Shown piece after piece: positions 1 to 12,055 of a DNA stretch of 64,000 nt. The stretch is taken from contig NC_057760.1 in assembly GCF_004010195.1 (NCBI RefSeq), positions 3,865,354 through 3,929,353 of the forward strand, in the 5' to 3' direction. The notes below the pieces were generated by a model, which made no database searches, was not told the DNA's origin, and saw nothing but the letters and a program-made list of their open reading frames with translations. The position numbers and the translations under genes are program-made. The number at the start of each line of letters is the position of its first letter. Within the stretch, counting starts at the first letter, position 1. Source of the DNA: Chiloscyllium plagiosum (Eukaryota).

Positions 1-119
1 GTTCACCTTGTGACTGTTACTGTTATTGCTCATGTCCTTGTTAACACCGCAGCTCTGTAGCGTGTAAAATCTCAGCTGTGCATCTGGCCAGTGGTACTAC
101 CATTCGTATAGCTGGCTGG

Positions 120-1000
120 CTGATGATACGAAAGTCGGAGGAGTTGTTGACAGTGAGGAAGGATGTGTCAGGTTACAGCGGGATATAGATAAGCTGCAGA
201 GCTGGGCAGAAAGGTGGCAAATGTAATTCAATGTAGCTAAGTGTGAGGTGATTCACTTTGGGAGGAATAACAAAGAGATGGGGTACTGGGCTAATGGTCG
301 GATACTTGGTAGTGTGGATGAGCAGAGGGATCTTGGTGTCCATGTACACAGATTTCTGAAAGTTGCCACCCAGGTAAATAGTGCGGTGAGGAAGGCATAT
401 GGCGTACTGGCTTTTATTGGTAGAGGAATTGATTTCCGGAGTCCTGAGGTCATGATGCAGTTGTATAAGACTCTGGTGCGGCCGCATCTGGAATATTGTG
501 TGCAGTTTTGGTCACCATACTTTCGGAAGGATGTGGAGGCACTGGAACGGGTGCAGAGGAGGTTTACCAGGATGTTGCCTGGTATGGAAGGAAGATCGTA
601 TGAGGAAAGACTGAGACACTTGGGGCTGTTTTCCTTAGAGAAAAGAAGGTTTAGGGGTGACTTGATTGAGGTGTACAAGATGATTAGGGGTTTAGATAGG
701 GTTGACCATGAGAACCTTTTTCCACGTATGGAGTCAGCTATTACGAGGGGGCATAGCTTTAAATTAAGGGGGGGTAGATAAAGGACTGAAGTTATGGGTT
801 GGTTCTTCACTCAGCGAGTCGTAAGTTCATGGAATGCCCTGCCAGTAGCAGTGGTGGACTCTCCCTCTTTATGGGCATTTAAGCGGGCATTGGATAGGTA
901 TATGGAGGATAGTGGGTTAGTATAGGTTAGGTGGGCTTGGATCGGCGCAACATCGAGGGCCAAAGGGCCTGTACTGCGCTGTAATCTTCTATGTTCTATG
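120..1000 (+). mobile_element. CR1-type LINE 3' portion (RT C-terminus, 3' UTR, ttctatg tail)
   Basis: ORF 248-781 with [13 protein letters not shown] and LGLFSLEKRR motifs. Confidence 0.9.
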
Positions 1001-1002
1001 TA

Positions 1003-1790
1003 CGGCAGAAGCAGTTTAATGTGGGTAAATGTGAAGTTAATGGCAGATTATTATTTAAATGGCGATATATTGGAAAAGGTTAATATACAAAGGGACCTGG
1101 ATGTCCTTGTCTTCTATGTTCTATGTACGGCAGAAGCAGTTTAATGTGGGTAAATGTGAAGTTAATGGCAGATTATTATTTAAATGGCGATATATTGGAA
1201 AAGGTTAATATACAAAGGGACCTGGATGTCCTTGTACATCAGTCACTGAAAGTAATCATGCAGGTCCAGTCAATAGTTAGGATGAAAAGTTGCAGAAGCA
1301 AAGAATTCTAACTGCAGTTGTACAGGGCCTTGGTGAGAGCACAGCTGGAGGAGTGTGTGCAACCAGGTCTCCTTACCCAATAAAAGGTACACTTACTCGA
1401 GAAGGAGGGCAGCCAAGGTTCACCTGATTGATTCCTGGGTTGACAGGTTTGTCATATGCGGAGAGATTGGGTCGACTGGGTCTGTATTCATCAGCATTTT
1501 GAAGAATGAGGAGGGATCTCACTGAAATATATACAATTCTGACGGAGCTACTCAGACTGGTTGCAGGGAGAATGCTTCCCCCATCAGAGGGTCCAGAAGA
1601 AAGTGTGAACCTGTGGAATTTTCTACCACAGAAGGTTCTGGAGGACAAATCATTAAATGTATTAGATTTCTAACAGATAGATTTCTAGAGGCTAAAAGAA
1701 TCAAGGATTATGGGGATGAGTTGGGGTATGATGATAAAGTAGATTAGTCATGATCATGTTGAATGGTGAAGTGGGCCTACTCCTGCTCCT
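1003..1790 (+). mobile_element. Older degenerate CR1 fragment
   Basis: Decayed QRDLDVLVHQSLK and LQLYRALVR motifs and 3' UTR. Confidence 0.7.
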
Positions 1791-2175
1791 ATTCTGGAAC
1801 ATCTCCTTAAATGTCGGCTGCTGCTGCTTCTCTATTGATGTATCTCCTAGTTTAGTATTCAGTTCACTTCAGCTTTCAGGCCCACATAGTTGCCCTTATT
1901 TAAGTTTTAAGTACCAGTCTTAGACCCACTCTTCTCCCTTTCAAACTAGATGTAAAATTCAATCGTACTCTGGTCACTGCTGCATAGACATTTTTACTCT
2001 GAAGTCATTCATTATTATTTTTGATGTTTCTGGAACCAAAAAGGATTTAACAGACATCACAAGTTTCATCCACTCGGGTTTAAAAAAAAAGATGCGATTG
2101 GGAGGAGCTAACTAAATAGTCATATTGTGCCTTCACTTTGTACCTCAGTGATTTTTCTTTGCATTAACAATATTC

Positions 2176-2382
2176 ATCTACTACAAACCGACCGACTCCC
2201 ACAGCTACCTGGACTACACCTCCTCCCATCCTGCCCCCTGTAAAAACGCCATCCCATTCTCCCAATTCCTTCGACTCCGCCGCATCTGCTCCCAGGAGGA
2301 CCAGTTCCAAAAACGTACAACACAGATGGCCTCCTTCTTCAAGGACCGCAATTTCCCCCCCGACGTGGTCGACGATGCCCTC
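2176..2382 (+). mobile_element. Penelope-like element internal fragment (IYYKPTDSHSYLDYTSSHP...FLRLRRICS)
   Basis: Translation resembles the PLE RT thumb/linker region; CpG-rich. Confidence 0.8.
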
Positions 2383-2967
2383 ACATCTCAGAAGAAACAA
2401 ATGCTTATGGTATTTATTCTGTATTTAGTAATCATTAAAGTGAAATGAAATAAAATAACATTTATAGTGCCGAATGTCTGGAGATAGGTAAACCTTAAAA
2501 TGGTCTGTATTGTTTCAATAGGGATTTCCTATTAATACAAGAGTGAAAGGAAAGTACTTTGGTGTGACCAAATGAGATGAAATGGTTTGGTACACCAGAG
2601 CAACTTACAATAAATGTTAACATGTCTATACTTGCTGTGCATTGCAAGATTTGCTGCCCAAATGTAATTTTCCAATAGGAGTCCCAAGGAAGATTAAACT
2701 TTCCAATTTATAGGGAGATCAGAGTGATAACAATTTGCTGCAATAGTTCACTAACCCCAATTCTATATCCTTCATCAAAAGCGACCAATCAGTTAATAGT
2801 TATCTATTTGGCCTGTTGTGTACAGATGGGATGGGTTATGTGTGGAATATTCCATAAGTACTTGAGAGTAACATTGATTGTAGGGATTTCACAAGAAGAT
2901 GATATGAATTAGCTTCTCCATAGGTTCTGGACAATCGTCAGTCGACACAAACTATTTATAATGCAGG

Positions 2968-3326
2968 GCTGGAAATGTGTTGCTGGAAAAGCGCAGCAGG
3001 TCAGGCAGCATCCAGGGAACAGGAGAATTGACGTTTCGGGCTTAAGCCCTTCTTCAGGAATGAGGAACGTTTGTCCAGCAGGCTAAGATAAAAGGTAGGG
3101 AGGATGGACTTGGAGGGGCTTTGGAAATGCGATAAAAGTCCCTCCCCCAAGTCCCTCCTCCCTATCTTTTATCTTAGCCTGCTGGACAAACTTTCCTCAT
3201 TCCTGAAGAAGGGCTTATGCCCGAAACGTCGATTCTCCTGTTCCCTGGATGCTGCCTGACTTGCTGCGCTTTTCCAGCAACACATTTCCAGCTCTAATCT
3301 CCAGCATCTGCAGACCTCACTTTCTC
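2968..3326. mobile_element. Palindromic Penelope-derived terminal element with two opposed hammerhead motifs
   Basis: Arms about 2968-3118 and 3143-3292 are reverse complements; HHR cores at 3030-3057(-) and 3203-3230(+). Confidence 0.8.
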
Positions 3327-3426
3327 CTTAACAATACTCAGATGAAGTAGCAAAGTGAACTTGACTCTTCAGTTGAACCTGATGCCTCATGTACCTTTAG
3401 ATGTAATATAGCTAGCTGTCCAGTCG

Positions 3427-3788
3427 AACACAGAACATAGAACATAGAAAAGTACAGCACAGAACAGGCCCTTTGGCCCACCATGTTGTGCCGAGATTTA
3501 ATCCTAATGTAAAATATAATAACTTAACCTACGCACCCCTCAACTCACTGCTATCCATGTGCATGTCCAGAAGTCGCTTAAATGTCCCTAATGACTCTGC
3601 TTCCACCACCACCGCTGGCAATGCATTCCATGCATTCACTACTCTCTGCGTAAAGAACCTACCTCTGATGTCTCCTTTATACCTTCCTCCTAATATCTTC
3701 AAACTATGACTCCTCGTACCAGTCAATCCTGCCCTGAGGAAAAGTCTCTGGCTATTGACTCTGTCTATTCCTCTCATTATCTTGTACC
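3427..3788 (-). mobile_element. CR1 LINE 3' end (young subfamily A)
   Basis: GRFFTQRVVNAWNALP motif; tail repeats; close to copies at 9340 and 33290. Confidence 0.9.
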
Positions 3789-4002
3789 AGTAAGATGGAA
3801 TGAACCTTTTAATCGTTTGTCAAGATTGATCCTGCTCTCTGCCTCAGATACTGAGACAAACTTCCCTTCATGATCCTTGTAGCCTGGGCTAATACCAGCA
3901 AGAGGGATTGACGCCTGTAAATCTATCCAAGGCATTCCAGATGGGTCCAGTGGGATCCAACACTATTAAAAAGTGTGTATATAGAAGAAACAAATCCAAG
4001 CA

Positions 4003-5222
4003 AGGAGTAACAAAGAGGATTGATGAGGGCAGAGCGGTGGACATGATCTACGTGAACTTAAGTAAGGCATTCAACAAGGTTCCCCATGGAAGACTGGTTA
4101 GCAAGGTTAGATCTCACGGAATACAGGGAGAGCTAGCCATTTGGATACAGAACTGATTCAAAGGTAGAAGACAGAGGGTGGAGGTGGAGGGTTGTTTTTC
4201 AGACTGGAGGCCTGTGACCAGTGGAGTGCCACAAGGATCGGTGCTGGGTCCACTACTTTTTGTCATTTACATAAATGATTTGGATGCAAGCATAAGAGGT
4301 ACAATTAGCAAGTTTGCAGATGACACCAAAATTGGAGGTGTAGTGGACAGCGAAGAGGGTTACCTCAGATTACAACAGGATCTGGACCAGATGGGCCAAT
4401 GGGCTGAGAAGTGGCAGATGAAGTTTATTTAGATAAATGCGAGGTGCTACATTTTGGGAAAGCAAATCAGAGCAGGACTGATACACTTAATGGTAAGGTC
4501 CTAAGGAGTGTTACTGAACAAAGAGACCTTGGAGTGCAGGTTCATAGCTCCTTGATAGTGGAGTCGCAGGTAGATTGGATAGTGAAGAAGGCATTTGGTA
4601 TGCTTTCCTTTATTGGTCAGAGTACTGAGTACAGGAGTTGGGAGGTCATGTTGCGGTTGTACAGGACATTTGTTAGGCCACTGTTGGAATATTGTGTGCA
4701 ATTCTGGTCTCCTTCCTATTGGAAGGATGTTGTGAAAATTGAAAGGGTTCAGAAAAGATTTATAAGGATGTTGCCAGGGTTGGAGCATTTGAGCGAGAGG
4801 GAGAGGCTGAACAGGCTGGGGCTGTTTCCCTGGAGCGTCGGAAGCTGAGGGGTGACCTTATAGAGGTTTATAAAATCATGAGGGGCATGGATAGGATAAA
4901 TAAACAAAGTCTCTTCCCTGGCATGGGGGAGTCCAGAACTAGAGGGCATAGGTTTAGGGTGAGAGGGGAAAGACATAAAACGGACCTAAGGGGCAACATT
5001 TTCACGCAGAGGGTGGTACGTGTATGGAATGAGCTGCCAGAGGAAGTGGTGGAGGCTGGTACAATTACAGCATTTAAAAGGCACCTGGATGGGTATATGA
5101 ATAGGAAGGGTTTAGAGGGATATGGGTCAACTGCTGGCAAATGGGACTAGATTGTGTTGGGATATCTGGTTGGCAGGGACGAGTTCGACCGAAGGGTCTG
5201 TTGCCATGCTGTACATCTCTGA
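4003..5222 (+). mobile_element. CR1 LINE RT-to-3' end fragment (subfamily B)
   Basis: [10 protein letters not shown] and KFADDTK RT motifs, frameshifted. Confidence 0.92.
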
Positions 5223-5359
5223 CTGTAGACTGGAGTAGACCAGCAAGAGGTGACTGGAATCGCACTGAAAAGTACAGACACCGATCACTGAGTAGAATCT
5301 GGGTTCTGCTGCAGATATTTTGTTGTTTACATTAAAGAGTAGAAGATGTTGGACAGTAC

Positions 5360-5478
5360 CTGTGTGGGATTACTCATCTCAGGACAGCTGTCACATGCAT
5401 CTCCGACTCCATCTCCATCCCTGTCTGTCTGGAGAGGATTTGGAACTCCAGCACAATTGTCCAAAAGATTAGGAATAC
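5360..5478 (-). CDS. thbs3: Thrombospondin-3 exon, type-3 repeats ([39 protein letters not shown]); gene continues beyond window start
   Basis: 119 nt, phase 1/0; next expected exon not found in 1-5359. Confidence 0.95.
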
Positions 5479-6150
5479 CTGGAAACAAAATAAAACCATA
5501 AGTAGAGAAGGTTTATTGGCAGTTCCCTGAAGGATTCAGGTCACAGAATCTCAGGTTTTATGCTTCGAGGTGAGCTGTGGTGTGCGGGGTGTGGGGGAGG
5601 AGGTGGGGGTGGGGGTAGTTGTGGTGGTGGTGCAGGCACACACCCATAGGGACCTTGAGAAAGAGCTCTCTCAGAGCAATAGGAGGCAGAGGGCTGGGGA
5701 TGGGCGGGGAATGTGTGGTACAGATACTTCAGGATCTATGGCAGAAGAATTAGCATGGGGAGGAAAAAGGGTGGTTACAGTTACATGGGTATTGGGGCAG
5801 AATTACCCGGCATTTGACAGGTAGGAATTCTCGGATTTTGGGACATAGCATTCTTGGGCTGGGGGCAGGGGTGAAGGTTGCACAGAGTTTCAGAGTGGAG
5901 GGGGAGTGGAGAGAGTGCTTGAGGGTTTGGAGAGGGAAGAATGCCCCTGGGCATTGGGGTAAGGTTGGGGGACGGGGAAGGGGAAGTAGTGCTTTAGGGC
6001 TTTGGGAGTGAGCGGGGCTACGGTTTCCTTGGGCTCGAGGTGTAAAGCTTCCTGAGGTTTTGAGAAGTGGACTTTCCATGAACAAACATTTGGAGAAACG
6101 TAAAGGATCAGGTGCGGCTGTGATATGGAAGGTGTATTGCTGTAAAATAC

Positions 6151-6310
6151 CGTCTCCGTCAATGTCATTATCACAGGCATCTCCCTCTCCATTGTTATCT
6201 GTGTCCTTTTGGTTGTTGTTGGGAACATTGGGACAATTGTCACACGCATCTCCAAATGAATCTGCATCAGAGTTCTGCTGATCCTTGTTATGGACCAGCC
6301 TGCAGTTATC
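6151..6310 (-). CDS. thbs3: Thrombospondin-3 exon, type-3 repeats ([26 protein letters not shown]...DIDGD)
   Basis: 160 nt, AG/GT boundaries, phase 0/1. Confidence 0.95.
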
Positions 6311-8109
6311 CTGTGGAAGGAAAGGAGAGGGTTTAACTTCAGACTTTTCCCTGGACAGAAGATCCTATGGCACTAAGAGGAGATATAGTGAGTGTGTGAG
6401 TGTGTGTGTGTGGGGTGTCCTGGCTTATATTTATCCCTCACTTAGTATCAAAGGTAACAGATTGTGGTGAGGTTGGGGGGAGCAGTTTCCACTTTATTGA
6501 GGATCATTGCTGTATACTCTGACATTCAGGGGCCTTTTAAACAATTGCAAATTTCTGATAATTATCCACTGCCTCCAGTCCACAACATGACGTCCTCAGG
6601 GTTGCACACATGATAAAGAGCTGCACATGAGATTGTTGCCCTTCTCAAAGAATTCAAACAGGTTTGCCTGTCCCATTTTCATTTATGGTTTCACTGCAGA
6701 CTTTTTATAACTAATGTCTCTATGAGACGAGTGTATAGAAGGAGCTCGAAGACAAAGTAGCAGGACTCTTGTGGTGCACTGATCGTGTCCCTGCCTGTAT
6801 ATCAGGTGGTCTGGGTTTAAGCCCCACCTGCCCCAGAGGTGTAGAATCACATTTCCAAGCACATTGATTAAAGTCAATAACTGAGCAGTGAATCTGTTTC
6901 AGAGAAATTGCCAGAGCATATAGATTAGTCAAGCTTCAGTCAGTCTAAGACTGAGTGGTTCATTAACTCTCATCTGCAAAGAAAGTTGTCTCATTCATTG
7001 GCTTGGAACCAAATTGGCATTTGCAACATGAGGAAAGCACTGAAAAAATCCTTATGACAATGTAAACTTCACAACTTTAATATTTTTGTGGATTTAAAGA
7101 ATCACCAATAACTCTTTCTGGAATAAATGGTTTCTCGAGATGAGAGGGACAAAGAGAAACTGCTCTTAAGTAATTAAAAACAACTTGCAAATTAACCATC
7201 TCTGGAAAGGAGTTGAACAACACAAACAAGCAGCATCCTGGGTGAGAGGAGATAACAATTGCTTGATAATTTACTACTTTGTGACAAATAGACAATTAAG
7301 TCTGCCTGTGGAAGTAACGCTTTGGAGTAAAGGGGTTAATTGCAGGAAAAGCTGTGTTATAAACAGGCAGCTAACCCCAAATGTAATAAGAAACAGGTGA
7401 GTTACTGCTGATAAGGCGGCAAGCTACAGACTTGAGGTCTCCAGAAATATAATCAGTCTTGGGGAAGAAAGAATCTATTGAATTATCAATAATGTCACAC
7501 CCCAAATTTGAAAGAGTGAAAATCGTATAAGAATCTAACACCAGAACAATTCAGTAACAGAACTTCGAAGAACAACACTATAAGAATTGAACCCTGGAAT
7601 CATGCCAAGTGCCACCATTAATCTGGTAATAGCCAAGTTGAGTTGTGAAGCTTAACTTGTTGACTTGAAGGGCCTTATTTTGGTTGCTCCATGCAGTAAA
7701 GTTTAAATCATTGTTTCAGTACTTGATTATCTGAGCTTTCTTAATAAATAGCTGAATTAAGGGTAACTTGTGGCGGTGAGTTTATCCATAACACCCTAAC
7801 AAAACAGGAATAGCTGCAGAAACTCTGCAAGTCTGGCAACATCGCTGGAGAGAAAGCAAAGTCAACTTCTGCTTTTGCCTAGTGACTCTGCTGTTTCATT
7901 CCCATTTCCATTTGGATTTCTGGATCAAACCTATAGTGTCCCTGCACCAAGCCATTATTCACACAAACCAAATGCTTAAACATTTTACTTTTCATGATTA
8001 GAGGGGAAGCTGTGAGCTATTACGCCTCTAAATCTTTCTGAAGTATTTTGTTGCATGCACTGCAACAACTGACCAAGCCTCAATGGATAATGTCTTCTAA
8101 ACCCACTTC

Positions 8110-8375
8110 CATCTAGAAGGACAAAGGCAGCAGATACAGGGGAACAACATCACCTCCAAGTTCCCCTCCAAGCCCCTCACCATCCTGACTTGGAAATATC
8201 TCGCCGTTCCTTCAGTGTCACTGGGTCAAAATTCAGGAACTGGGGTCTACCTACAGCACATGGACTGCAGCAGTTCAAGAAGGCAGCTCACCACCACCTT
8301 CTCAAGGGCAACTAGGGACGGTGAATAAATGCTGGTCAACCAGTGATACCCAAACCACATGGGTGAATTAAAATA
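8110..8375 (+). mobile_element. LINE 3'-end fragment (L2/CR1-like tail shared with local SINEs)
   Basis: caagaaggcagctcaccaccaccttctcaagggcaa...aataaatgctgg tail; related pieces near 17120-17700, 30960-31050 and 49170-49310. Confidence 0.55.
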
Positions 8376-8417
8376 AAACTGCATGTTGTCACATGTGGAG
8401 TGGTACTAATGACACCT

Positions 8418-8546
8418 TCCTGATGAAGAGCTTATGCTCGAAACATCGACTCTCCTGCTCCTCAGATGCTGCCTGACCTGCTGTGCTTTTCCAGCACTCC
8501 ACGTATTGACTCTGATCTCCAGCATCTACAGTGCTCAGTTCCTCCT
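8418..8546 (+). mobile_element. Penelope-derived short element starting at a hammerhead motif
   Basis: CTGATGA-A-GAGC-TTAT-GCTC-GAAACATC at 8420-8447, followed by the family 3' end. Confidence 0.75.
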
Positions 8547-8782
8547 AGTGCACTCCTCGAATATCAGTCAGATTGAGAAGGCTCTGGGATCTGCTGGAGG
8601 CCAAGCTAACCTGAGATACTGCCCAACTCCAGATCCCCCCGACACCCTTCCCCTCCTCTGCCCTTAGAAGACAAGGATGAGATCAGGCTCAGGTGACCAG
8701 GAGCTGCAACCACTGGACTCGTTCCCATACTTTGGAACGGCCTTCTCTTCCCCTGCACACACACACTGCCATTGGTACAAAC

Positions 8783-8890
8783 CTCGACATTCTTAATGCC
8801 ATCTCCATCTGCGTCATTGTCACACTGATCTCCAACACGGTCATTATCAGCATCCTCCTGACCTGAATTCGGGGTATACCGGCAATTATC
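8783..8890 (-). CDS. thbs3: Thrombospondin-3 exon, type-3 Ca-binding repeats ([17 protein letters not shown]...IKNVE)
   Basis: 108 nt, AG/GT boundaries, DxDxD motifs. Confidence 0.95.
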
Positions 8891-9339
8891 CTGAGTGAGG
8901 TGACAGAAAGACACTTAAAAGGAAGTGAACAACATATCAAGAACAGTTCTCCAAATATACAAATCATAAGGAAACTTTCAAAATCCATGGACCACAAAAT
9001 GAAAATTTCACAGGAACGCATCATTTTCCAAGTCCAGGTGAATGACCTGGCCCAGTCGGTTGTGTACCTGCCTCTTAAACAGAAGGTTCTTGTTGAAGCC
9101 TCAATACATGGATGACACTGGGAGTACTGGGGGTGTCAGAGGGTAGTATTGAAGAAGGACTGTATTCCCAAACGGACTGGGCTGAGTGAATACCACAAAG
9201 TCTGAGGGTCAATACTGAACAGCTGTTGCAGGCATTGCCTTTTGATTTTTGAGCAAAAGATGTGTACTTTGTCACATAGTGGGAGCATCTCCTAATGCTA
9301 TTCAGAGGTGGTGGGAGCACTGCTGGCTCACTACCTAAC

Positions 9340-9985
9340 ATGTTGTTAAGAAAGCATATGGTGTTTTGGCTTTCATTAACAGGGGGATCGAGTTTAAGAG
9401 GCGTGAAATTTTGTTATGGCTCTTCAAGTCCCGGGTGAGACCACACTTGGAATATTGCATCCAGTTCTGGTCGCCCTACTATAGGAAAGATACAGAGGCT
9501 TTGGAGAGGTGCAAAGAAGGTTTACCAGGATGCTGCCAGCCCTGGAGGGCTTGTCTTATGAAGAAAGGTTGAATAAGCTCAGACTTCTCTCTCTGGAAAG
9601 AATGAGGAAGAGAGGAGACCTGATCGAGGTGTAACAAAATAATAAGAGGAATAGAGTCAATAGCCAGAGACTTTTCCCCAGGGCGGGATTGACTGGTACG
9701 AGAAGTCATAGTTTGAAGATATTAGGAGGAAGGTATAAAGGAGACACCAGAGGTAGGTTCTTTATGCAGAGAGTTGTGAATGCATGGAATGCGTTGCCAG
9801 CGGTGGTGGTGGGAGCAGAGTCATTAGGGACATTTAAGCGACTGCTGGACATACACATAGATAGCAGTGAGTTGAGGGGTGTGTAGGTTAAGTTACTATA
9901 TTTTACATTAGGATTAAACCTCGGCACAACATGGTGGGCCAAAGGGCCTGTTCTGAGCTGTACTTTTCTATGGTCTATGTTCTAT
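9340..9985 (+). mobile_element. CR1 LINE 3' portion (subfamily A)
   Basis: RPHLEYCIQFWSP motif and the same 3' UTR as 3427-3788. Confidence 0.9.
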
Positions 9986-10088
9986 CTCTCAACCATCGGC
10001 AGTCCAGTATTTGCTCTTTCATTTTTAGCTATAAAAGTGATGACACATTGATAAAAGAAAACGTCTTGATGATCCTGCGAACACTCAC

Positions 10089-10199
10089 CTTCTTACAGTG
10101 ACGATGATTGTCAATGCAGGGCAGGTCCTGGTCCGGATAGCCATCGATATCTGTGTCTGTTCCACACACATATCCATTTCCAGCCCAGCCAACTCTGCA
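10089..10199 (-). CDS. thbs3: Thrombospondin-3 exon ([37 protein letters not shown])
   Basis: 111 nt, tag/gtgagt boundaries; EGF to type-3 repeat junction. Confidence 0.95.
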
Positions 10200-10519
10200 C
10201 TAAGGACAGACAGTCACAACAAGAAATGTACACACAATTCCAGGATACTTCCCCTGCCCCAGTACCACAGCCCCTTCTCTCCTGGACATAGCAGATAGAA
10301 GTCTGCAATGAAGGAGGACTGCATGATAATCCAAAATAGCCAACATACACATCTCACAACCTTCAGCCAGCGCTGCTGCTGACAGGTCACAAAGACAGGC
10401 AGATATGTGAAGCTCAAAGCTGAACGTGACAGTACAGGATCACCCACCTCACTACCGGACTGCAAATGTAACAAGACTCGACAATCAGAATGTCAGACAA
10501 CACTGAACTTCAGTAAAAC

Positions 10520-11690
10520 TGTCAGAGAGTGAGGGGGACAACATTGACAGGCAGTGAGATTATCAGAGTGAGGGGGACGATACTGTCAGACAGTGAGACT
10601 GTCAGAGAGTGAGGGGGATGATACTGTGAGACAGTGAGACTGTCAGAGAGTGAGGGGGATGATACTGTCAGACTGTGAGACTGTCAGGAGAGTGAGGGGG
10701 ATGATACTGTGAGACAGTGAGACTGTCAGAGAGTGAGGGGGATGATACTGTCAGACAGTGAGACTGTCAGAGTGAGGGGGATGATACAGTGAGACTGTCA
10801 GAGAGTGAGGGGGATGATACTGTCAGACTGTGAGACTGTCAGAGAGTGAGGGGGACGATACTGTCAGACAGTGAGACTGTCAGAGAGTGAGGGGGACGAT
10901 ACTGTCAGACAGCGAGACTGTCAGAGAGTGAGGGGGACGATACTGTCAGACAGTGAGACTGTCAGAGAGTGAAGGGGACGATACTGTCAGACAGTGAGAC
11001 TGTCAGAGAGTGAGGGGGACGATACTGTCAGACAGTGAGACTGTCAGACAGTGAGGGAGATGATACTGTCAGAGAGTGAGACTGTCAGAGTGAGACTGTC
11101 AGGGAGTGAGGGGGATGATACTGTCAGAAAGTGAGACCGTCAGACAGTGAGGGGGATGATACTGTCAGACAGTGAGACTGTCAGAGAGTGAGGGGGACGA
11201 TACTGTCAGAGAGTGAAAATCACACAACACCAGGTTATAGACCAACAGGTTTAATTGGAAGCACACTAGCTTTCGGAGCGACACTCCTTCATCAGGTGAT
11301 CACTATCACCTACTGAAGGACCGTCGCTCCAAAAGCTAGTGTGCTTCCAATTAAACCTGTTGGACTATAACCTGGTGTTGTGTGATTTTTAACTTTGTAC
11401 ACTCCAGTCCAACACTGGCATCTCCAAATCATATCAGAGAGTGAGACTGTCAGAGAGTGATGGGGATGATACTGTCCGAGAGTGAGACTGTCAGGGAGTG
11501 ATGGGGACGATACTGTCTGGCAGTGCGACTGTCAGATTGATGGAGACGATACTGTTTGAGAATGCAACTGTCAGACTGTGAGGGGTCAACACTGTCAGAC
11601 AGTGAGACTCACAGACAGTGAGACTGTCAGATACTGAGCAGGACAACACTGTCAGACAGTCTCACTGTCTGACAGTGAGATGGTCAGAGA
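10520..11690. repeat. 41-bp minisatellite (gagactgtcagagagtgagggggatgatactgtcagacagt)n
   Basis: Period 41 (10595 to 10636); interrupted at 11217-11433. Confidence 0.95.
11217..11433. mobile_element. Palindromic Penelope-type terminal element (second family) inserted in the minisatellite
   Basis: Arms aaaatcacacaacaccagg... and ...cctggtgttgtgtgatttt; intact HHR core at 11267-11295(-). Confidence 0.75.
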
Positions 11691-11902
11691 GATGGGAAAA
11701 TGAGGCCACATTGCTGACTGAGAGGAAATAACCATTGAATATTTCAGACTCAGTTTGTCCAATGACAAATCATTTTCTTTGTAGATGTTGCTGTTGGACA
11801 TAAGATAATTACTCACAATCTTCTAATCTTCTTCCTCCCTCCCTGAAACCTTGGCTGGCCAGATTTAAAAGCAGGAGATTGTGCGGAAACACTGAGACTT
11901 AC

Positions 11903-12055
11903 ATGGCAGGACACCTCTCCGTTGCGTTCGATGGAACACTGTGCGTTGACATCACATGGATTGACTACGGCACTGCTGCATGACGTCTGGTGAACACAGC
12001 CAACTGTCTGGTTTCCAACAAACCCCCTCCGGCATGGACCACATTTAAACGAACC
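11903..12055 (-). CDS. thbs3: Thrombospondin-3 exon, EGF-like (GSFKCGPC...ERNGEVSCH)
   Basis: 153 nt, cag/gtaagt boundaries. Confidence 0.95.
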
